From NCBI RefSeq assembly GCF_963527515.1, contig NZ_CAURTV010000007.1:10910-74909 (forward strand): DNA of 64,000 nucleotides. The letters run 5' to 3'. A model generated the notes under the pieces. That model saw only the letters and a program-made list of their open reading frames with translations. It made no database searches and was not told the DNA's origin. The DNA is from an uncultured Cellulomonas sp. (GTDB lineage: Bacteria; Actinomycetota; Actinomycetes; Actinomycetales; Cellulomonadaceae). The position numbers and the translations under genes are program-made. Below are positions 8,930 through 20,295 of this stretch, piece by piece (the first letter of the stretch is position 1; each line of letters begins with the position of its first letter).

Positions 8930-11900
8930 AAGACGCGCTCGACCACGGCACGCGACCGCCGCGCGGTCCGCAGGTAGTCCTGCTCCAGCTCCCCGCCGGA
9001 CCCGGCCGGGTAGCCGACCACGCGCGCCAGCCCCGCGAGCGCCTGCCGGTCGTGCGGCAGCACGTCGGCGTGGGAGCCACCCCGGCCGCTCCACAGGACG
9101 TTGGCGTCCCGCAGCCGGCTGGCCAGCAGCCACGCCTCGGTGAGCACGCGCGCGTCGTCGCGGTCGAGCAGCCCGGCGTCCGTGGCCGCGTCGAGCGCGG
9201 CGAGCGTCCCCGTCGTACGCAGGCCCGGCACGCGGTGCGCGTGCTGGAGCTGCAGGAGCTGAGCCGTCCACTCGACGTCCGAGATCCCCCCGCGACCGAG
9301 CTTGAGGTGGCGGGCCGGCTCGACACCGCGCGGGAGCCGCTCGGCCTCGACGCGCGCCTTGATGCGGCGCACCTCGCGCTCGACGGCCGGCTCGACGCCC
9401 CCGGCGGGGTAGCGCAGCGGGTCGACCAGGCGCACGAAGCGCTCGCCCAGGTCCTCGTCGCCGGCCACCGGCCGGGCGCGCAGCAGGGCCTGGCTCTCCC
9501 ACGGTGACGACCAGCGCTCGTAGTACTCGGCGTAGGAGTCGAACGAGCGGACCAGCGGGCCGTTGCGCCCCTCCGGTCGCAGGTCGGCGTCGACCTCCAG
9601 CGTCGGCTCCGGACCGACGGTGCCGAGCAGCGACCGCAGTCGGGTGGTGACCTGCAGCGCGAACTCCTGCGCCGCGACGGGGTCCGCTCCGTCGACGGGG
9701 TCGTGGACGAACAGGACGTCCGCGTCCGAGGCGTACCCCATCTCGCCGCCGCCCCACCGGCCCATGGCCACGACGAGCAGGCGCGTCGGGCTGGCGTCGA
9801 GGCCCTTCTCCCGGCGCACCACCCACTCCGCCACCCGCAGCCCACCGGCCAGGACGACGTCGGCGGCGACGCTCAGGCTCTGCGAGGCGCGCTGGCCGGT
9901 GACCACACCGAGCACGTCCGCGGCGGCGGTGCGGGCCAGCTCGCGGCGGCGCAGGCCACGCAGCGCGGTCACGGCCGGGACCTGCTCCTCCGACCGCGTG
10001 AGGATGGAGTCCGCCTCCGCGCGCAGCCGCTCGAGGGTGCGGGGTACCAGGTCGGCGTCGTCGGCGAGCCACGTGACCGACTCCGGGGACCGGGTCAGCG
10101 CGTCGGCCACGTAGCGGGAGGTGGACAGCACGCTCGCCAGCCGGCGGGCCGCGGTGCCGGAGTCGCGCAGCAGCTTGAGGTACCAGTGCGTGGCGCCCAG
10201 CTCGTCCGAGAGACGTCGGAACGCGAGCAGACCACCGTCCGGGTCCGCGCCGTCCGCGAACCACCCGAGCATCACGGGCAGCAGCTGGCGCTGGATCGCC
10301 GCACGCCGGGAGACCCCCTCCGTGAGCGCGGCGATGTGTCGCATCGAGCCGGCCGGGTCGGTGTAGCCGATGGCGGCGAGCCGCGCCTTGGCGGCCTCGG
10401 GAGCGAGGCTGGCCTCGGCCGTGGACAGCTGGGCCGTCGCCGGCAGGAGCGGCCGGTAGAACAGCTCCTCGTGCAGGCCACGGACCTCTCGGCGCGTCGA
10501 GCGCCAGCGTTCCAGCAGCCCGTCGGCGCCCTCGGCACGCATGCCGACGGAGCGTGCCAGCCTGCGCAGGTCGGGCTCGGCGGTCGGCATGAGGTGCGTA
10601 CGGCGCAGCCGGTGGAGCTGGATCCGGTGCTCGAGGACGCGCAGCAGCCGGTAGCAGACGGCCAGCTGAGCGGCGTGCGACCGGCCCACGTATCCCCCGG
10701 CGGCCAGCGCGGCCAGCGCGGTCAGCGTGCTGGGGCTGCGGATCGACTCGTCGGCCCGGCCGTGCACCAGCTGCAGCAGCTGCACCGTGAACTCGACGTC
10801 GCGCAGCCCACCGACACCGAGCTTGAGCTGGCGGTCGGCCTCCGCCGCGGGGACGTGGCTCTCCACCCGTCGGCGCATGGCCTGCGAGTCCTCCACGAAG
10901 TGCTCGCGCGTGACGGCGCTCCACACGAAGGGCTGCGTCATCTCGACGTACTCGCGGCCCAGCGCCTGGTCCCCCGCCAGCGGACGCGCCTTGAGCAGGG
11001 CCTGGAACTCCCACGTCTTGGCCCAGCGCTCGTAGTACGCCTTGTGGCTGGCGATCGTGCGGACCAGCGGGCCGTCCTTGCCCTCGGGGCGCAACGCGGC
11101 GTCGACCGGCCAGAGCGCGGGCTCGGCCGACGGAGCGGAGCAGGCCCTCGCCAGACCGGCGGCCAGGCGGGACGCCGCGGCGAGCGCCTCGGCCTCGTCG
11201 ACCCCGTCCACGGGCTCGGCGACGTAGATGACGTCGACGTCGCTCACGTAGTTGAGCTCGCGGCCGCCGCCCTTGCCCATGCCGATGACCGCCAGCCGCA
11301 CGCCCCGGCCGTGGTCGTCAAGGTCGGCGCGGGCGAGCGCGAGCGCGGACTCCAGGGCAGCACCCGCGAGGTCGGCCAGCGCGGCGGCGACACCCGGCAG
11401 GCGGCTCAGCGGGTCCGTGCAGGTCAGGTCGGTCGCCGCGATGCGCAGCAGCCGGGTCCGGTAGGCCAGGCGCATCGCGTCGACCCCCGCCTGACCGCCG
11501 ACCGTGGCCACGGGCACGTCCGCGTCGGGGTCGGCACCGACGGCGTCGAGGAGCTCGGCGCGGACGGCGCCCACCGGCACGCCCGTGCCCAGGGTGTCGT
11601 CGAGCAGGACACGCAGGGTCTCCGGGTGAGCCACGAGCGTGTCGCCGAGGGCGACCGAGGCGCCGACCACGGCGAGCAGCCGTGACCGGCCGGGCCCGTC
11701 CTCCTGGAGGATGCCGGTGAGCACGGCGTGCAGGTCGGGGTCGCCGACCACGGCTCCGGCCAGCTTGGCCAGCGCCAGCAGCGCCTGGTCCGGGTCCGCG
11801 ACGTCCGCCAGCGGCCCGATGAGCACGTCCGCCGGCGACTCCAGGACACGGCGCAGCGCAGCGTCCGCGAGCAGCCGCTCGGCACGCACCGCGTCCGACA

Positions 11901-11958
11901 CCCCGGCCCTGGTGAGCCGACCGGCGAGCGTCGCCCCGCGGGCGTCGGGCGAGCTCAC
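8920..11958 (-). CDS. glnE: Bifunctional glutamine synthetase adenylyltransferase/adenylyl-removing enzyme
   Basis: Two nucleotidyltransferase domains (GMGKGGGRELNYVSDVD and MGRWGGGEMGYASDAD); VDA.LRPEG repeats. GTG start overlaps the glnA2 stop (GTGA). Confidence 0.95.
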   Translation of the reverse strand: MSSPDARGATLAGRLTRAGVSDAVRAERLLADAALRRVLESPADVLIGPLADVADPDQALLALAKLAGAVVGDPDLHAVLTGILQEDGPGRSRLLAVVGASVALGDTLVAHPETLRVLLDDTLGTGVPVGAVRAELLDAVGADPDADVPVATVGGQAGVDAMRLAYRTRLLRIAATDLTCTDPLSRLPGVAAALADLAGAALESALALARADLDDHGRGVRLAVIGMGKGGGRELNYVSDVDVIYVAEPVDGVDEAEALAAASRLAAGLARACSAPSAEPALWPVDAALRPEGKDGPLVRTIASHKAYYERWAKTWEFQALLKARPLAGDQALGREYVEMTQPFVWSAVTREHFVEDSQAMRRRVESHVPAAEADRQLKLGVGGLRDVEFTVQLLQLVHGRADESIRSPSTLTALAALAAGGYVGRSHAAQLAVCYRLLRVLEHRIQLHRLRRTHLMPTAEPDLRRLARSVGMRAEGADGLLERWRSTRREVRGLHEELFYRPLLPATAQLSTAEASLAPEAAKARLAAIGYTDPAGSMRHIAALTEGVSRRAAIQRQLLPVMLGWFADGADPDGGLLAFRRLSDELGATHWYLKLLRDSGTAARRLASVLSTSRYVADALTRSPESVTWLADDADLVPRTLERLRAEADSILTRSEEQVPAVTALRGLRRRELARTAAADVLGVVTGQRASQSLSVAADVVLAGGLRVAEWVVRREKGLDASPTRLLVVAMGRWGGGEMGYASDADVLFVHDPVDGADPVAAQEFALQVTTRLRSLLGTVGPEPTLEVDADLRPEGRNGPLVRSFDSYAEYYERWSSPWESQALLRARPVAGDEDLGERFVRLVDPLRYPAGGVEPAVEREVRRIKARVEAERLPRGVEPARHLKLGRGGISDVEWTAQLLQLQHAHRVPGLRTTGTLAALDAATDAGLLDRDDARVLTEAWLLASRLRDANVLWSGRGGSHADVLPHDRQALAGLARVVGYPAGSGGELEQDYLRTARRSRAVVERVFYG

Positions 11959-13292
11959 AGGACCGGCAGGAACCGCCGCAGCTCGTACGGCGTGACCTGC
12001 GAGCGGTACTCCTCCCACTCCTGGCGCTTGTTGCGCAGGAAGTAGTCGAAGACGTGCTCGCCCAGCGTCTCCGCCACGAGCTCGGACTTCTCCATGATCG
12101 AGATCGCGGCGTCGAGCGACGTCGGCAGGGGCTCGATGCCCAGCGCGCGGCGCTCGGCGTCGGTGAGCTCCCACACGTCGTCCTCGGCGCCCTCGGGCAG
12201 CTCGTAGCCCTCCTCGACGCCCTTGAGGCCGGCGGTGAGCAGCAGCGCGTACGCGAGGTACGGGTTGGTGGCCGAGTCGACCGCGCGGTACTCGATGCGG
12301 CTCGAGTTGCCCTTGCCCGGCTTGTACATGGGCACCCGCACCAGCGCGGACCGGTTGTTGTGGCCCCAGCAGATGTAGCTCGGCGCCTCGGCCCCGCCCC
12401 AGAGCCGCTTGTAGGAGTTCACGAACTGGTTGGTGACCGCGGTGATCTCGGCCGCGTGGCGCAGCAGGCCCGCGATGAACGACCGGGCCGTCTTGGACAG
12501 CTCCAGGTGGCCGCCGGCCTCGTGGAACGCGTTGCGGTCGCCCTGGAACAGGGACAGGTGCGTGTGCATGCCGGAGCCCGGCTGGTCGGCGAGCGGCTTG
12601 GGCATGAAGCTGGCGAAGACGCCCTGCTCGAGCGCGACCTCCTTGACCACGGTGCGGAACGTCATGATGTTGTCCGCGGTGGTCAGCGCGTCGGCGTAGC
12701 GCAGGTCGATCTCGTTCTGGCCCGGCCCGGCCTCGTGGTGGGAGAACTCCACCGAGATGCCCATGGACTCGAGCATGGTGATGGCGGCGCGCCGGAAGTC
12801 GTGGGCGGTGCCGCGCGGGACGTGGTCGAAGTAACCGCCCTGGTCCACGGGGACCAGCGGCAGCATGGGGTCCGCCGGGGCGTCGAACAAGTAGAACTCG
12901 ACCTCGGGGTGCGTGTAGAACGTGAAGCCCTTGTCCGCCGCCTTCGAGAGCGCCCGCTTGAGCACCGTGCGGGAGTCCGCGAGCGACGGCTCGCCGTCCG
13001 GGGTCAGCAGGTCGCAGAACATGCGGGCGGTCCCGTGCCGCTCGCCCCGCCACGGCAGGATCTGGAACGTCGACGGGTCGGGCTTGGCGATCATGTCCGC
13101 CTCGTACACCCGGGTCAGCCCCTCGATCGCGCTGCCGTCGAAGCCGATCCCCTCCGAGAAGGCAGCCTCGAGCTCGGCGGGGGCTACCGCCACCGACTTC
13201 AGGATCCCGAGCACGTCGGTGAACCAGAGACGGATGAAGCGGATGTCCCGCTCCTCGACCGTGCGGAGCACGAACTCCTGCTGCCTGTCCAT
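11955..13292 (-). CDS. glnA2: Type I glutamine synthetase family protein (actinobacterial GlnA2)
   Basis: MDRQQEFVLRTVEERDIRFIRLWFTD, FDGSAIEG, HHEAGPGQNEI, GSGMHTH, WGHNNRS; linked to glnE. Confidence 0.93.
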   Translation of the reverse strand: MDRQQEFVLRTVEERDIRFIRLWFTDVLGILKSVAVAPAELEAAFSEGIGFDGSAIEGLTRVYEADMIAKPDPSTFQILPWRGERHGTARMFCDLLTPDGEPSLADSRTVLKRALSKAADKGFTFYTHPEVEFYLFDAPADPMLPLVPVDQGGYFDHVPRGTAHDFRRAAITMLESMGISVEFSHHEAGPGQNEIDLRYADALTTADNIMTFRTVVKEVALEQGVFASFMPKPLADQPGSGMHTHLSLFQGDRNAFHEAGGHLELSKTARSFIAGLLRHAAEITAVTNQFVNSYKRLWGGAEAPSYICWGHNNRSALVRVPMYKPGKGNSSRIEYRAVDSATNPYLAYALLLTAGLKGVEEGYELPEGAEDDVWELTDAERRALGIEPLPTSLDAAISIMEKSELVAETLGEHVFDYFLRNKRQEWEEYRSQVTPYELRRFLPVL

Positions 13293-13372
13293 GCGGTACA
13301 TCCTGCCTGATGAACGGCCCGGCGCAGGCGCACCGTCCGGAGCGCGTCGCGCGAGATGGTTACGCTCGGCAC

Positions 13373-15061
13373 ATGCCCTCCCCCCGCATCGCCCTCGCGC
13401 AGATCGACACGCGCGTGGGGGACGTCGACGCCAACGCGCAGACTGTCCTCGACTGGGCCCGGACAGCCGCCCAGGCCGGCGCTCACCTGGTCGTCTTCCC
13501 CGAGATGACCCTGACCGGCTACCCCATCGAGGACCTCGCGCTGCGGGCGTCGTTCCGCCGCGGTGCCGAGGCGGCGCTGCAGCGCACGGCCGCCGCGCTG
13601 GCCGACGAGGGCCTGGGTGACCTCGCGGTGCTCGTGGGCACGGTCGGGGAGAAGCTGGTGACGCCGGTGCACGAGCCCGGCGCGCCCGAGGGTCCGCGGC
13701 GCCCCACCAACCAGGCGGTGCTCCTGCAGCACGGCCAGGTGCAGGTGCGCTACGACAAGCACCACCTTCCCAACTACGGCGTCTTCGACGAGTACCGGAT
13801 CTTCGCGGCCGGCGACGACGTGTGCGTGATCGACGTGCTGGGCCGCCGGGTGGGCGTCGTGATCTGCGAGGACATCTGGCAGGACGGCGGACCCGTCTCG
13901 CAGATGGACGAGAACGAGGTCTCGCTGCTGGTGGTGCTCAACGCGTCGCCGTACGAGGAGGGCAAGGGCCACCAGCGCGTCGAGCTGGCCGCCCGCCGGG
14001 CGCACGAGGTCGAGGCGCCGGTGGCGTACGTCAACCTCGTCGGCGGGCAGGACGACCTCGTGTTCGACGGCGGCTCGTTCGTCATCGCGACCGACGGCAC
14101 CGTGCTGGCGCGGGCCCCCCAGTTCGTGGAGCACCTGCTGGTGTGGGACCTGCTCGGGGACGACGACGCCCCCGCCCGGGGCACGGTGGCACCGCCGCTC
14201 GCGCCCGACGAGGAGGTCTACCGCGCGCTCGTCATGGGCCTGCACGGCTACGTGACCAAGAACGGGTTCCGTTCGGTCGTCCTCGGCATGTCCGGTGGCA
14301 TCGACTCGGCGCTGGTGGCGACCATCGCCGCGGACGCGCTCGGCGGCGAGAACGTGGTCGGCGTCTCGATGCCGTCGGTGCACTCGTCGGACCACAGCAA
14401 GGACGACGCCCAGGACCTGGCCAAGCGGATCGGCGCCGACTACAGGGTCCAGCCGATCAAGGCGATGGTCGACGCGTTCGAGGCGGAGATACCGGTCGAG
14501 GGCGTGGCCGCGGAGAACCTGCAGGCCCGCGTCCGCGGCGTCATCCTCATGGCGATCTCGAACCGCGAGGGCCACCTGGTGATCGCGCCGGGCAACAAGA
14601 CCGAGCTCGCGGTCGGGTACACGACGATCTACGACGCCGGCAGCATCGGCGGCTTCGCCCCGATCAAGGACGTCGACAAGTCGCGCGTCTGGGCACTCGC
14701 CCGCTGGCGCAACAACGCCGCGATCGACGGCGTCTTCGGACCGGGCGAGATCCCGCCGATCCCCGAGTCGTCCATCACCAAGCCGCCGTCGGCGGAGCTC
14801 CGTCCGGGCCAGGTCGACCAGGACTCGCTCCCGCCGTACGACCTGCTCGACGAGGTGCTCGACGCCTACGTCGAGCACGCCGAGGGCCGGGCGGAGCTGC
14901 TGGCCCGCGGGTTCGACCCCGCCGTCGTCGACAAGGTCCTTGCTTTGGTCGACCGCGCCGAGTGGAAGCGCCGGCAGTACCCGCCGGGCACCAAGGTGAC
15001 CGCGCTGGCGTTCGGCCGCGACCGTCGACTCCCGATCACCACCCGCTGGCGCGAGCCGTGA
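13373..15061 (+). CDS. nadE: Glutamine-dependent NAD+ synthetase
   Basis: Nitrilase domain (FPE, K, ICEDIW) plus GMSGGIDS and ENLQARVRG. Leaderless start (TACGCT 13361-13366). Confidence 0.95.
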   Translation: MPSPRIALAQIDTRVGDVDANAQTVLDWARTAAQAGAHLVVFPEMTLTGYPIEDLALRASFRRGAEAALQRTAAALADEGLGDLAVLVGTVGEKLVTPVHEPGAPEGPRRPTNQAVLLQHGQVQVRYDKHHLPNYGVFDEYRIFAAGDDVCVIDVLGRRVGVVICEDIWQDGGPVSQMDENEVSLLVVLNASPYEEGKGHQRVELAARRAHEVEAPVAYVNLVGGQDDLVFDGGSFVIATDGTVLARAPQFVEHLLVWDLLGDDDAPARGTVAPPLAPDEEVYRALVMGLHGYVTKNGFRSVVLGMSGGIDSALVATIAADALGGENVVGVSMPSVHSSDHSKDDAQDLAKRIGADYRVQPIKAMVDAFEAEIPVEGVAAENLQARVRGVILMAISNREGHLVIAPGNKTELAVGYTTIYDAGSIGGFAPIKDVDKSRVWALARWRNNAAIDGVFGPGEIPPIPESSITKPPSAELRPGQVDQDSLPPYDLLDEVLDAYVEHAEGRAELLARGFDPAVVDKVLALVDRAEWKRRQYPPGTKVTALAFGRDRRLPITTRWREP

Positions 15062-15084
15062 CCACCCCGACAGGAGCTCCACGA

Positions 15085-15894
15085 ATGACGACCCCGAAGC
15101 GCGTGCGCGTGCACCACCTGCGCGAGGCCAAGGAGCGAGGCTCGAAGCTGACCATGCTCACGGCCTACGACGCCGTCACCGCGCGGATCTTCGACGAGGC
15201 GGGCATCGACATGCTGCTGGTCGGAGACTCGATCGGGAACACGATGCACGGGCACACCACGACCCTGCCGGTGACGGTGGACGACCTGATCCCTCCCGCG
15301 CGCGCGGTGGCCCGCGCGGCCCGGCGCGCCTTCGTCGTCGCCGACCTGCCCTTCGGGTCGTACGAGGCCGGCCCCGCGCAGGCGCTCGAGACCGCGGTGC
15401 GGATGATGAAGGAGACCGGCGTCGCCGCCGTGAAGTTCGAGGGCGGCAAGCGCGTCGTCCCGCAGATCAGGGCGCTCACCGACGCCGGTATCCCGGTGGT
15501 CGCCCACCTCGGCTACACGCCGCAGTCGGAGAACCTGCTCGGCGGCCCGCGCGTGCAGGGTCGCGGAGACCTCGCCGCCGAGCAGCTGTGCGAGGACGCC
15601 GTGGCGATCGCCGAGGCGGGTGCCGTCGCGGTCGTCCTCGAGATGGTGCCGGCGCCGGTGGCGGCGCGGGTCACCGAGATCCTGCAGATCCCGACCATCG
15701 GCATCGGGGCCGGGACGCAGTGCGACGGGCAGGTGCTGGTCTGGGTGGACATGGCCGGCATGACCGACTGGTCACCGCGGTTCGCCAAGCGGTTCGGTGA
15801 GGTCGGCGCGGCGCTGCAGGCGGCCGCCACGGCCTACGCCGACGAGGTCCGCTCCGGCACGTTCCCGGACGCGGACCACCAGTTCGACGCGTGA
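15085..15894 (+). CDS. panB: 3-methyl-2-oxobutanoate hydroxymethyltransferase
   Basis: [33 protein letters not shown]...DGQVLV; AGGAG SD. Confidence 0.96.
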   Translation: MTTPKRVRVHHLREAKERGSKLTMLTAYDAVTARIFDEAGIDMLLVGDSIGNTMHGHTTTLPVTVDDLIPPARAVARAARRAFVVADLPFGSYEAGPAQALETAVRMMKETGVAAVKFEGGKRVVPQIRALTDAGIPVVAHLGYTPQSENLLGGPRVQGRGDLAAEQLCEDAVAIAEAGAVAVVLEMVPAPVAARVTEILQIPTIGIGAGTQCDGQVLVWVDMAGMTDWSPRFAKRFGEVGAALQAAATAYADEVRSGTFPDADHQFDA

Positions 15895-16862
15895 CCACGG
15901 CGGCCCGGGTCCTCGTCTGGACCGTCGCGGTCGCGGTCGTCGTCGTGCTCGTCGCGCTGGCGGTACCCGTCGCGTCCGGCGCCTACGTCGTCGCCCAGCT
16001 CGTGTCGTTCCGCGCGGTCCTCGGCCTCGGCGCGGCGGCCCTCGCGACGTTGTTGCTCGCCGTCCCGGTGACGCGACGGCGCCTGCTGCCCGTGACGGTC
16101 GCGCTGGCGGTCGGCGCCCTCGCGCAGGGCGCGGTCCTGGTCACGCGATCGGTGCCGCAGCACACGTCCGCGCCGGACTCCGGCGACCAGCTGGTCGTGC
16201 TCTCCTTCAACACGCTGGACACGGTCGACGCCGGGCTGCTCGCCGCACTGGCGCTCGAGCACGGCGCGGACGTGGTGGTCCTGCCCGAGACCTCCGGCTA
16301 CACCGCCCGGATGACTGCCAAACGGCTCGCCGCCGCGGGGTCGCCCATGCAGCTGCTCGCCGCCGAGGGGAACACCTCGTTCATCGCCGGCACCGCGCTG
16401 CTGGTGGCCGGCCACGTCGGCACCTACCCGATCGCCGAGCCACTGCCGACACGCCTGGGGTCGCTCCGCGCGGACCCCGAGGACCCGCTCACCTCACCGG
16501 TGATCGTCGCCGCCCACCCGATGGCACCCGTCAGCCGCCGGGCGATGCCACCGTGGCGCACCGAGACCCGGCTGGTGGCGACGACGTGTGCCGAGACCCC
16601 GGGGGCGATCGTGGCGGGCGACCTCAACGCGACCCTCGACCACCCGGGCCTGCGGGAGCTCGGCCCGTGCGTCGACGCCGCCCGGGCCGCCGGCGCCGCG
16701 GCGCTGGGCACCTGGCCGTCAGACGTCCCGGCACTGCTCGCCGCACCGATCGACCACGTGCTCGTCGACGGCCGCGCCTGGCGGGTCGTGGCGTTCCAGG
16801 TGCTGCCGCGCACCGGTGGCAGCGACCACCGGCCGGTCCTGGCGACGCTCGCGCGCCGCTGA
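15891..16862 (+). CDS. Membrane-anchored endonuclease/exonuclease/phosphatase (EEP) family protein
   Basis: Three N-terminal TM helices; SFN, LPE, AGDLN, IDH, GSDHRP motifs; GTGA overlap with panB. Confidence 0.88.
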   Translation: MTTAARVLVWTVAVAVVVVLVALAVPVASGAYVVAQLVSFRAVLGLGAAALATLLLAVPVTRRRLLPVTVALAVGALAQGAVLVTRSVPQHTSAPDSGDQLVVLSFNTLDTVDAGLLAALALEHGADVVVLPETSGYTARMTAKRLAAAGSPMQLLAAEGNTSFIAGTALLVAGHVGTYPIAEPLPTRLGSLRADPEDPLTSPVIVAAHPMAPVSRRAMPPWRTETRLVATTCAETPGAIVAGDLNATLDHPGLRELGPCVDAARAAGAAALGTWPSDVPALLAAPIDHVLVDGRAWRVVAFQVLPRTGGSDHRPVLATLARR

Positions 16863-16866
16863 CCGG

Positions 16867-17037
16867 TCAGGACTGCTCGTCCTGACGCTCCCAGTCCTCG
16901 TTGCGGCGCCGGGCCTTCTCCAGCGCGCTCGTCGCCTCGTCGCGGGTCTCGTACGGGCCCATGAGCTTGGTCCAGTCGCTGTGCCGGCCCTCCTCGACCT
17001 CGTGGGTCTCGATGTTGAACCAGAACTTCTCCGCCAT
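16867..17037 (-). CDS. Conserved small actinobacterial protein (56 aa)
   Basis: [13 protein letters not shown]...[20 protein letters not shown], the typical small gene next to map; AAGGGAG SD. Confidence 0.8.
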   Translation of the reverse strand: MAEKFWFNIETHEVEEGRHSDWTKLMGPYETRDEATSALEKARRRNEDWERQDEQS

Positions 17038-17116
17038 GGTGCTCTCCCTTCGCCGGGGCGTCCTCGGCACCGGCCCTGACCGGCTCCGTCGCCCTCCTGT
17101 CCGTAGACTGCCAGGT

Positions 17117-17989
17117 ATGTCGCCCGTCCACGCGCCACGATCCGCCCTGGTCCCGGGCACCCTGAGCCCGCGCCGGGCGGTCCCCGCCGGCATCGCCCGT
17201 CCGGAGTACGTCGGCCGGCCCGGTCCGGCCCGCTGGTCGGGAAGCGACGTGCTGGAGCCCGAGATGATCGAGCGCGTCCGTGTCGCCGCCCGCCTCGCCG
17301 CCCAGGCGCTGCAGCTGGTGGGGAGCCACGTCGCCCCGGGCATCACCACCGACGAGCTCGACGCGATCGGCCACGAGTTCCTGGTCGAGCACGGCGCCTA
17401 CCCCTCGACGCTGGGCTACCGGGGCTTCCCCAAGTCGCTGTGCACGTCGGTCAACGAGGTGATCTGCCACGGCATCCCCGACTCGACGGTCATCGAGGAC
17501 GGCGACATCGTGAACATCGACGTCACCGCGTACATCGGCGGCGTGCACGGCGACAACAACGCGACGTTCCTCGCGGGGGACGTCGACGAGAAGTCCCGGC
17601 TGCTCGTCGAGCGCACGCAGGAGGCGCTGGCCCGGGCCATCAAGGCCGTCGTGCCCGGGCGCGAGATCAACGTCGTCGGCCGGGTGATCGAGAAGTACGC
17701 GGCACGCTTCGGGTACGGCGTCGTGCGCGACTACACCGGGCACGGCGTCGGCCCGGCGTTCCACACCGGGCTCGTGGTCCCCCACTACGACGCGGCACCT
17801 GCTCACGACACGCTCATCGAACCGGGCATGGTGTTCACCATCGAGCCCATGCTCAACCTCGGCACACCCGACTGGATCATGTGGGACGACGACTGGACGG
17901 TGCTGACCGCCGACGGTCGCCGCAGTGCGCAGTTCGAGCACACCCTGCTGGTCACCGACAACGGAGCGGAGATCCTGACCCTGCCATGA
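17117..17989 (+). CDS. map: Type I methionyl aminopeptidase
   Basis: [16 protein letters not shown]...HGD, GHGVG..FH, FTIEPM, SAQFEHT. Leaderless start (TAGACT). Confidence 0.96.
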   Translation: MSPVHAPRSALVPGTLSPRRAVPAGIARPEYVGRPGPARWSGSDVLEPEMIERVRVAARLAAQALQLVGSHVAPGITTDELDAIGHEFLVEHGAYPSTLGYRGFPKSLCTSVNEVICHGIPDSTVIEDGDIVNIDVTAYIGGVHGDNNATFLAGDVDEKSRLLVERTQEALARAIKAVVPGREINVVGRVIEKYAARFGYGVVRDYTGHGVGPAFHTGLVVPHYDAAPAHDTLIEPGMVFTIEPMLNLGTPDWIMWDDDWTVLTADGRRSAQFEHTLLVTDNGAEILTLP

Positions 17990-18762
17990 GCGACCACAAG
18001 CACAAGAAGAACCCCCGGACGGCGTTCGGCATCGACATCGGCGGCAGCGGGATCAAGGGCGCCCCCGTGTCGCTGGCCGACGGTGAGTTCGCCGCCGACC
18101 GGCTGCGCATCCCCACGCCGCAGCCGTCCACGCCCGAGGCCGTCGCCGCCACCGTGGCCAAGGTCGTCGACTCGTTCGACCTGGCCAAGGACGTGCCGAT
18201 CGGGGTCACGTTCCCCGCGGTGATCCTGCACGGCGTCGCGCAGTCCGCCGCGAACGTCGACAAGTCGTGGATCGGCACTGACGTCGAGAAGGCGGTGCAC
18301 GGTGCAACGGGACGCCGGGTGCTCGCCGTCAACGACGCCGACGCGGCCGGGTACGCCGAGGTCCTCTACGGCGCGGCCAAGGGCGTCGACGGCGTCGTCC
18401 TCATCGTGACCCTCGGCACCGGCATCGGCTCGGCGCTCATCGTCGACGGGCACCTCGTGCCCAACACCGAGCTCGGGCACCTCGAGATCGACGGGCACGA
18501 CGCCGAGTCGCGCGCGGCCGAGAGCGTCCGCGACCGTGAGGGACTGGACTGGACGCAGTGGGCCGAGCGGCTGCAGCGGTACTTCACCGTCGTGGAGAAC
18601 CTGTTCTGGCCCGACCTCATCGTGGTCGGCGGTGGCGTGAGCAAGCACCACGCGAACTTCCTGCCGCTGCTCGACCTGCGCACCAAGATCGTGCCGGCCG
18701 AGCTGCGCAACGCGGCGGGCATCGTCGGCGCGGCGGCACTGGCGGCGGCCGCCCACGGCTGA
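17986..18762 (+). CDS. ppgK: Polyphosphate glucokinase (ROK family)
   Basis: [47 protein letters not shown] overlap with map. Confidence 0.93.
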   Translation: MSDHKHKKNPRTAFGIDIGGSGIKGAPVSLADGEFAADRLRIPTPQPSTPEAVAATVAKVVDSFDLAKDVPIGVTFPAVILHGVAQSAANVDKSWIGTDVEKAVHGATGRRVLAVNDADAAGYAEVLYGAAKGVDGVVLIVTLGTGIGSALIVDGHLVPNTELGHLEIDGHDAESRAAESVRDREGLDWTQWAERLQRYFTVVENLFWPDLIVVGGGVSKHHANFLPLLDLRTKIVPAELRNAAGIVGAAALAAAAHG

Positions 18763-19540
18763 CAGCCCGCGCTCGCTGGTCGAGGTCGCGCCCGGGGTCC
18801 ACGTCGCGACGAGCGCCGTCTACACGACGACGTCGACGGTGGTCGTCGCCGCGGACGGCACGTGCCTCGTGATCGACCCGGCTGTGACCGCCCCCGAGGT
18901 CGACGGGCTCGCCGCGGCCGTGCGGCACCGCGGCTGGACGCCCGTGGCCGTCTGGTCGACGCACGCGCACTGGGACCACACCCTGGACGGGAGCGGTCTG
19001 ACCCCTCTGCCGCGCTGGTCGTCGGGTCCGTCGGCCACGGACCGCGAGACGCTCGCCGCGGAGCGGGACGCCGACCCGGAGCTCGCGCGTTCCGGTGAGC
19101 CGGCGGCGCCGATCGCCGCTCCCGCCGTCGCATACCCCGCCCGGTCCTCAGGCGTCCTCGACTGGGCCGGCCCGTCCGTCCGAGTCCTGAGCCACGCCGC
19201 CCACGCTCGGCCGCACTCGGCCCTCGTCCTGCCCGAGCACGGGGTGCTCGTCGCGGGCGACATGCTCTCCGACGTGGAGATCCCGCTGCTCGACCTCTCC
19301 GCCGACGACCCCGTCGGTGACTACCTCGACGCGCTCGCGCTCCTCGAGGCCGCGCAGGCGGACGTCGTCGTGCCCGGGCACGGCAGGGTCGGGGGTCGCG
19401 ACGAGATCGCCAGGCGGCTCGGGGCCGACCGCGCTTACCTGGCCGCTCTCGTCGCGGGCGCCGAGACGGCCGACGACCGGCTCGCCCTGCCCTGGACAGC
19501 CGCCGCCCACGCCGAGCAGCGGGCGGCGGTGGGACGATGA
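18755..19540 (+). CDS. MBL-fold metallo-hydrolase (start uncertain: ACG 18755, CTG 18776 or GTG 18839)
   Basis: THAHWDH, AGDMLSD, VPGHG motifs. The frame stays open upstream of 18839 and encodes a typical MBL N-terminus (LVEVAPGVHVATS). Confidence 0.85.
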   Translation, partial: TADSPRSLVEVAPGVHVATSAVYTTTSTVVVAADGTCLVIDPAVTAPEVDGLAAAVRHRGWTPVAVWSTHAHWDHTLDGSGLTPLPRWSSGPSATDRETLAAERDADPELARSGEPAAPIAAPAVAYPARSSGVLDWAGPSVRVLSHAAHARPHSALVLPEHGVLVAGDMLSDVEIPLLDLSADDPVGDYLDALALLEAAQADVVVPGHGRVGGRDEIARRLGADRAYLAALVAGAETADDRLALPWTAAAHAEQRAAVGR

Positions 19541-19845
19541 GCAGCGTGGAGTGGCTGATCGCCGGGGCCGTCGTCGCCCTCGTCCTCGTGCTCGTCGCGG
19601 CCGACCGGATGGTGGCCCGCGGCTGGTTCGACCGGCGTCGACCACGCGAGCGCCGGACCGTCGGCGGGCGGACGGGCAGCGGCGCGTTCGGGGCGCTGGT
19701 CGACGTGTTCCAGCCGAACCACGAGTACCTCACGACGGAGCAGGACCGTCAGCGGCTCGACATCACGCAGACCGGGGACGCCGCCGGCCGGCTCGACCTC
19801 GACTCCGGCGTCGCGCACCTCGACCCCGGACCGCCACGGGAGTAG
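19537..19845 (+). CDS. DUF6191-like small membrane protein
   Basis: N-terminal TM helix, C-terminal LDLDSG motif; ATGA overlap. Confidence 0.7.
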   Translation: MSSVEWLIAGAVVALVLVLVAADRMVARGWFDRRRPRERRTVGGRTGSGAFGALVDVFQPNHEYLTTEQDRQRLDITQTGDAAGRLDLDSGVAHLDPGPPRE

Positions 19846-19884
19846 CCGTCGCGGATGTCAGTGGCGCCCTCTAGCCTGCCGGGC

Positions 19885-20295
19885 ATGGCACCTGTGGTCT
19901 CGCAGCTGACGATCGACTCCGCCGACCCGCACGCCCTCGCCCGCTGGTGGCGGGAGGTCCTCGACTGGTCGTACGCCTGGGAACCGGCGGACGACGACGA
20001 CGAGATTGAGATCCAACCGCCCGACGGAGCGGCGACCAGCTGGCTCTTCCTGAAGGTCCCGGACGTCAAGACGGTGAAGAACCGGCTGCACGTGGACCTG
20101 CGCCCACCCAACGGCTCCGACCAGGCCACCGAGCTCGAGCGGCTGCTCGCCCTGGGGGCCACGCGGGTGGACATCGGCCAGGGCGACGTCCCGTGGCACG
20201 TGCTGGCGGACCCGGAGGGCAACGAGTTCTGCCTGCTCCGCAGCACGCCGGACCAGCTGGCGGCGGCGGTCGCGGCCGAGGGGACCGGCGCCTGA
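19885..20295 (+). CDS. VOC/glyoxalase family protein
   Basis: IDSADP..LARWW, KNRLHVDL, VLADPEGNEFC. Leaderless start (TAGCCT 19872-19877). Confidence 0.92.
   Translation: MAPVVSQLTIDSADPHALARWWREVLDWSYAWEPADDDDEIEIQPPDGAATSWLFLKVPDVKTVKNRLHVDLRPPNGSDQATELERLLALGATRVDIGQGDVPWHVLADPEGNEFCLLRSTPDQLAAAVAAEGTGA

Noticed and set aside
8920..13053. 1377-aa ORF suggesting a giant GlnE or a GlnA-GlnE fusion
   Set aside because: The first 365 codons are an out-of-frame shadow of glnA2. The real glnE starts at GTG 11958 with a GTGA overlap.
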